64,000 bases of DNA. Source: Camelus dromedarius. Taxonomy: Eukaryota. This document shows positions 61,054 to 64,000 of this stretch, in pieces; within the stretch, counting starts at the first letter, position 1, and every line of letters begins with the position of its first letter. The notes under the pieces were generated by a model that searched no databases, was not told where the DNA came from, and was given only the letters and a program-made list of their open reading frames with translations. The stretch lies in contig NC_087436.1 in the NCBI RefSeq assembly GCF_036321535.1, positions 119,538,001-119,602,000 of the forward strand, in the 5' to 3' direction. The position numbers were made by a program, and so were the translations under genes.

Positions 61054-61589
61054 TACTACACAATAGAACGGTTTGGGGAGAAAAAAAAGCCTCGTGTTCA
61101 TTGAAGTCTTGGGCCGGGTGCTTCAGTCAAAATCAAGGTGAACAAAGGAAGACACGCCCCAAACTTAGACTCCTGGGGTCACTCTCACCCCCTCTCTTGG
61201 TGGGTGAGGCCCTGAACAGAACTTTTTACTCGCAAAAGGGCCACAGTGGGCCAAGGAAGAGCCCTCAGTGGTGATTCCTGTTTCAGGGTCACCCAGACAC
61301 CAGGGATTCTGAGCTGGGGGGTTGGAGGCTGCTGTCGGATCGCCCCCAGAGAAATAAGGGGTGTCTGCTTAGCGTCAGCTACATGTGAGTGGTATCAGAC
61401 TTTGTTCCTAATCAGGGCCTTTTGTGGAACACGGGGCGTGAGACGCACTGGGTCTGGCAGGAAGTAAGGACACCAGGCCCTTGCCGTTGGAGGTGGTGGC
61501 GGCTGGCGGAGGGGCGGGGGCAGCGAGACCTGGCTGCGATCCCAGGTCGCCGCTCTCTGCTGTGCTGCTCTGGGCGAGCGCCTCTGTGG

Positions 61590-61952
61590 GCCATTTCCTG
61601 GGGCCACCGTAGCAGAGTGCCACAGCCCGGGCAGCTCAGACAGCAGGCACGCGTCGCCCCACAGCTGGGAGGCAGAGGCCTGAGATCTACGTGGGCTTCT
61701 CTGAGGCCTCTCTCCTCGGCGTGTAGACAGCTGTGCTCTCCCTGTGCCCTCCCCAGGCTGCCCCTGTGTGCATCTGCGTCCTGACCCCTTCCCGTGAGGA
61801 CACCAGTCGTGTTGCGCCCGGGCCTGCCCCCATGGCTTCATTTTGCTTTGACCACCTCTTTTAAGGCCCAGTCTTCCAATGCAGTCACACTCTGGGGTCC
61901 TGGGGCTCAGGATTTCAGCGTGGATTTTGGAGGGACCCGATTCGGCCAGCAC
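61590..61952 (-). mobile_element. MaLR LTR (MLT1A/B-like)
   Basis: tctctgaggcctctctcctcggcgtgtagacagc...gaggacaccagtcg...ccaatgcagtcacactctggggtcctggggctcaggatttcagc. Confidence 0.78.
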
Positions 61953-62089
61953 ATCCTGCCCAGCTGTAAAGTGGCAGGAAGAGTTACATCTGTCTCCTAA
62001 GTGGTGTCGTGGGGCCCAACGGCAGTCCTCGGGCCTCTGAGTGTCCAAGAAACGGCATTCTTCCCCACGTGCAGGCCCTTGTCTGTTTG

Positions 62090-62510
62090 CCACCCTGGGA
62101 CCCCCTCACCCCCTTCCCAACCCTGCTCCTGCCCCAGGGGCTGACCTCTATGGATGTGCCCACCCAGGCGGTCGGCCTCTGACTTCCTGTTGTGCTCAGC
62201 CAATGGGAGGCACCAGCAGGAGGCTGGAGGGCGAGGCGAGAGAGAGGCCGGGGTATCGCTCCTCCGCTCATCCCTGCCTGCACTGGGTTCTCCAGTGGCT
62301 GTGCTCTCCTGTCCGGAGACCTGCCCATGGCTACAGATTTCACTGTCTACCCAGTCGGCCCCTTCTGCCCCTTCAGACCTGGGAGTGGTGACACTGCCTG
62401 CTATTGACCCTGGAAATCCCAGCCCCTCAACCCCAGCCCATACCTGTGCGAAAGCCCTTTCGTTGAAACCTCTTCACTACCCCTCTGAGTGAGGCCCCCA
62501 GATAGCACCT
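62090..62510. mobile_element. ERVL-class LTR relic (LTR33-like)
   Basis: cagccaatgggaggcaccagcaggaggctggagggcgaggcgagagagagg is a motif typical of LTR33. Confidence 0.55.
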
Positions 62511-64000
62511 TATGGGTCTTTCCTGAATGCCTGGATGGTTCTGGAATTTCCCAGTTCTTAGCTTAAAGACGAGGCGTTTGGTAGATGTTCCCTGAATCAA
62601 ATTCATGATTTTCAAAGGGCTTGAGCCCCTGGATTAAAGCATTTTAAAAGTGCAAAGTTACATGATTGTTCACATATTATTCATCCAAGGAGTCTTGGAA
62701 TTTCTGCAGTGTAAGCCCTCCTGCCTTCTGGGGCCTCGTTTGTTTTCTGTAATGGAAGCAAATGCCATTTTATGTCCTGGTGTGCTTTCTTTACCTGTAT
62801 TTTTCGCATCACCATTGAATGAGGAGAGTGGGGACAGAGGCTGCCTGAGGGTAAGAAAGCCTGGAAACCCAAGGGAAGGGTGGCGAGTCCAGGTCTGGGT
62901 CGCAGGGTGTTGCTGGGGGTGAGCTGTGGTCAGCTACTCGTGGCATCGCACTGGAGGCTGACAGTCCTTGGAGAAGTCTGAGCTAGCAATTTAGCAGAAT
63001 CACCCACCAACCCACCTGCTGAGCAGCCAGCAGAGGACGCTTTCTGAAGGGCAACAGGGGCATGGCCCTCTCAGAAACCCCCAGGGACTCCCATCTCCTG
63101 TGGAATAGGATCTGAAGCCCTTCCTAACTCGGCCCAGCTCGCCTCTCCAGCCCCCTGCCCACTGCCTGCAGCGCCCTCCCCATATCATTTCTAGCTTCCT
63201 AAACCTGTTACACCCCATCGCACCCCCGTGCCTTTGCACGTTCTGCATGCTCCGGCTGTGATGCTGTCGCTTGCCATCAAAATAACCTCAATATAAAGAA
63301 AAATGTGGAGAGTAAGAAGAGGGGAAAGCTCATTCCTTTGGGAGAGAGGGAGAGCTTCCACAGGGAGGGCACGAGTTCCAGAACCAAGGAAGATGCCCGA
63401 CTCTTTCTGGCTGCGGCTCTACCCCCTCCCACTGACTCAGCTGCCTCCGAGGGGGTCCAGACACTGGGTGAGGCCCTCCGGCTCTGGTCAGACAGAGGCA
63501 GGATTCAGTCCCAGCTCTGCCATGAGTTAGCAACAGGAGCCTGAATAGGTCCCTCCAGGAGCCTCAGTTTCCTCTTCTGGGAAGCGGGGTGATGATGCTT
63601 GTCACACAGGATGGAGGGAGGTGACCCATGGAAAGAGCTGGCACGTGGCTCGCACATAAACTGCACCAGAAACAGTGCTGGCTATGATTTCAGGGCTAGT
63701 GTTCAGGGGTGGAGCTGGACTCCAGTTTGTCTTGAGGGAGGTTTGGAGTCAGGTCTTGTTTTATAAAGTTACAGAGTGGATTCTTGAACTGGGGTCTAGG
63801 CTGTGGACTAATGACACAGCACTTGACACACCGCTTCGCATAGGTTTCAGGTTCCCCCAGCCCCCCAGATTTGGGGGCTGGTCTGTTTCCATCTATTTCC
63901 AGAACCATGATAAGGCTGAGCTTGCAGGCGGCGACCAGGGAGCCCATGTTAAACTCAGGTCTCCAAGCATCGGCTGATGCTTGGTGCTGGGGTGACTTCC

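Noticed and set aside
31749..62093. Long intergenic ORFs (e.g. 31749-32450, 33361-34044, 35585-36181, 41228-41962, 56989-57579, 61395-62093)
   Set aside because: No recognisable domains or codon bias; several overlap MIR, L2 or LTR relics, and such lengths are expected by chance in GC-rich DNA. No SORCS2-like exon was seen.

Overview
Mammalian genomic DNA. It is probably camelid (alpaca/llama/camel), inferred from four copies of a tRNA-Ala-derived SINE resembling the Tylopoda vic-1 family. The left 18 kb holds two convergent housekeeping genes. TADA2B (+) is represented by most of intron 1, the last coding exon (5361-6353, 330 codons) and its 3' UTR; exon 1 lies left of the window. GRPEL1 (-) is complete: 4 coding exons of 62+163+82+347 nt give 217 aa, all with canonical GT-AG junctions and a CpG-island promoter at about 16.9-17.9 kb. 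The remaining ~46 kb contains no recognisable protein-coding exon. It is a GC-rich intergenic region full of MIR, L2, L1, MaLR/ERV LTR and hAT (MER5/MER20) relics; in human the next gene on this side is SORCS2 (recalled, not visible here). I found no convincing novel gene system. The most interesting unexplained signals are: (i) short patches where normally AT-rich L1 or UTR sequence appears rewritten to GC/CpG-rich sequence, suggesting GC-biased gene conversion; (ii) an orphan CpG island at ~28.4-28.8 kb with promoter motifs and a splice donor; (iii) a near-perfect CTCF motif at 19.5 kb; (iv) a G-rich ~19-bp minisatellite; (v) opposite-strand poly(A) hexamers 12 bp apart between the two genes; (vi) clean nested retroelement insertions with target-site duplications. 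Repeat family names are by-eye recognition and their boundaries are approximate.
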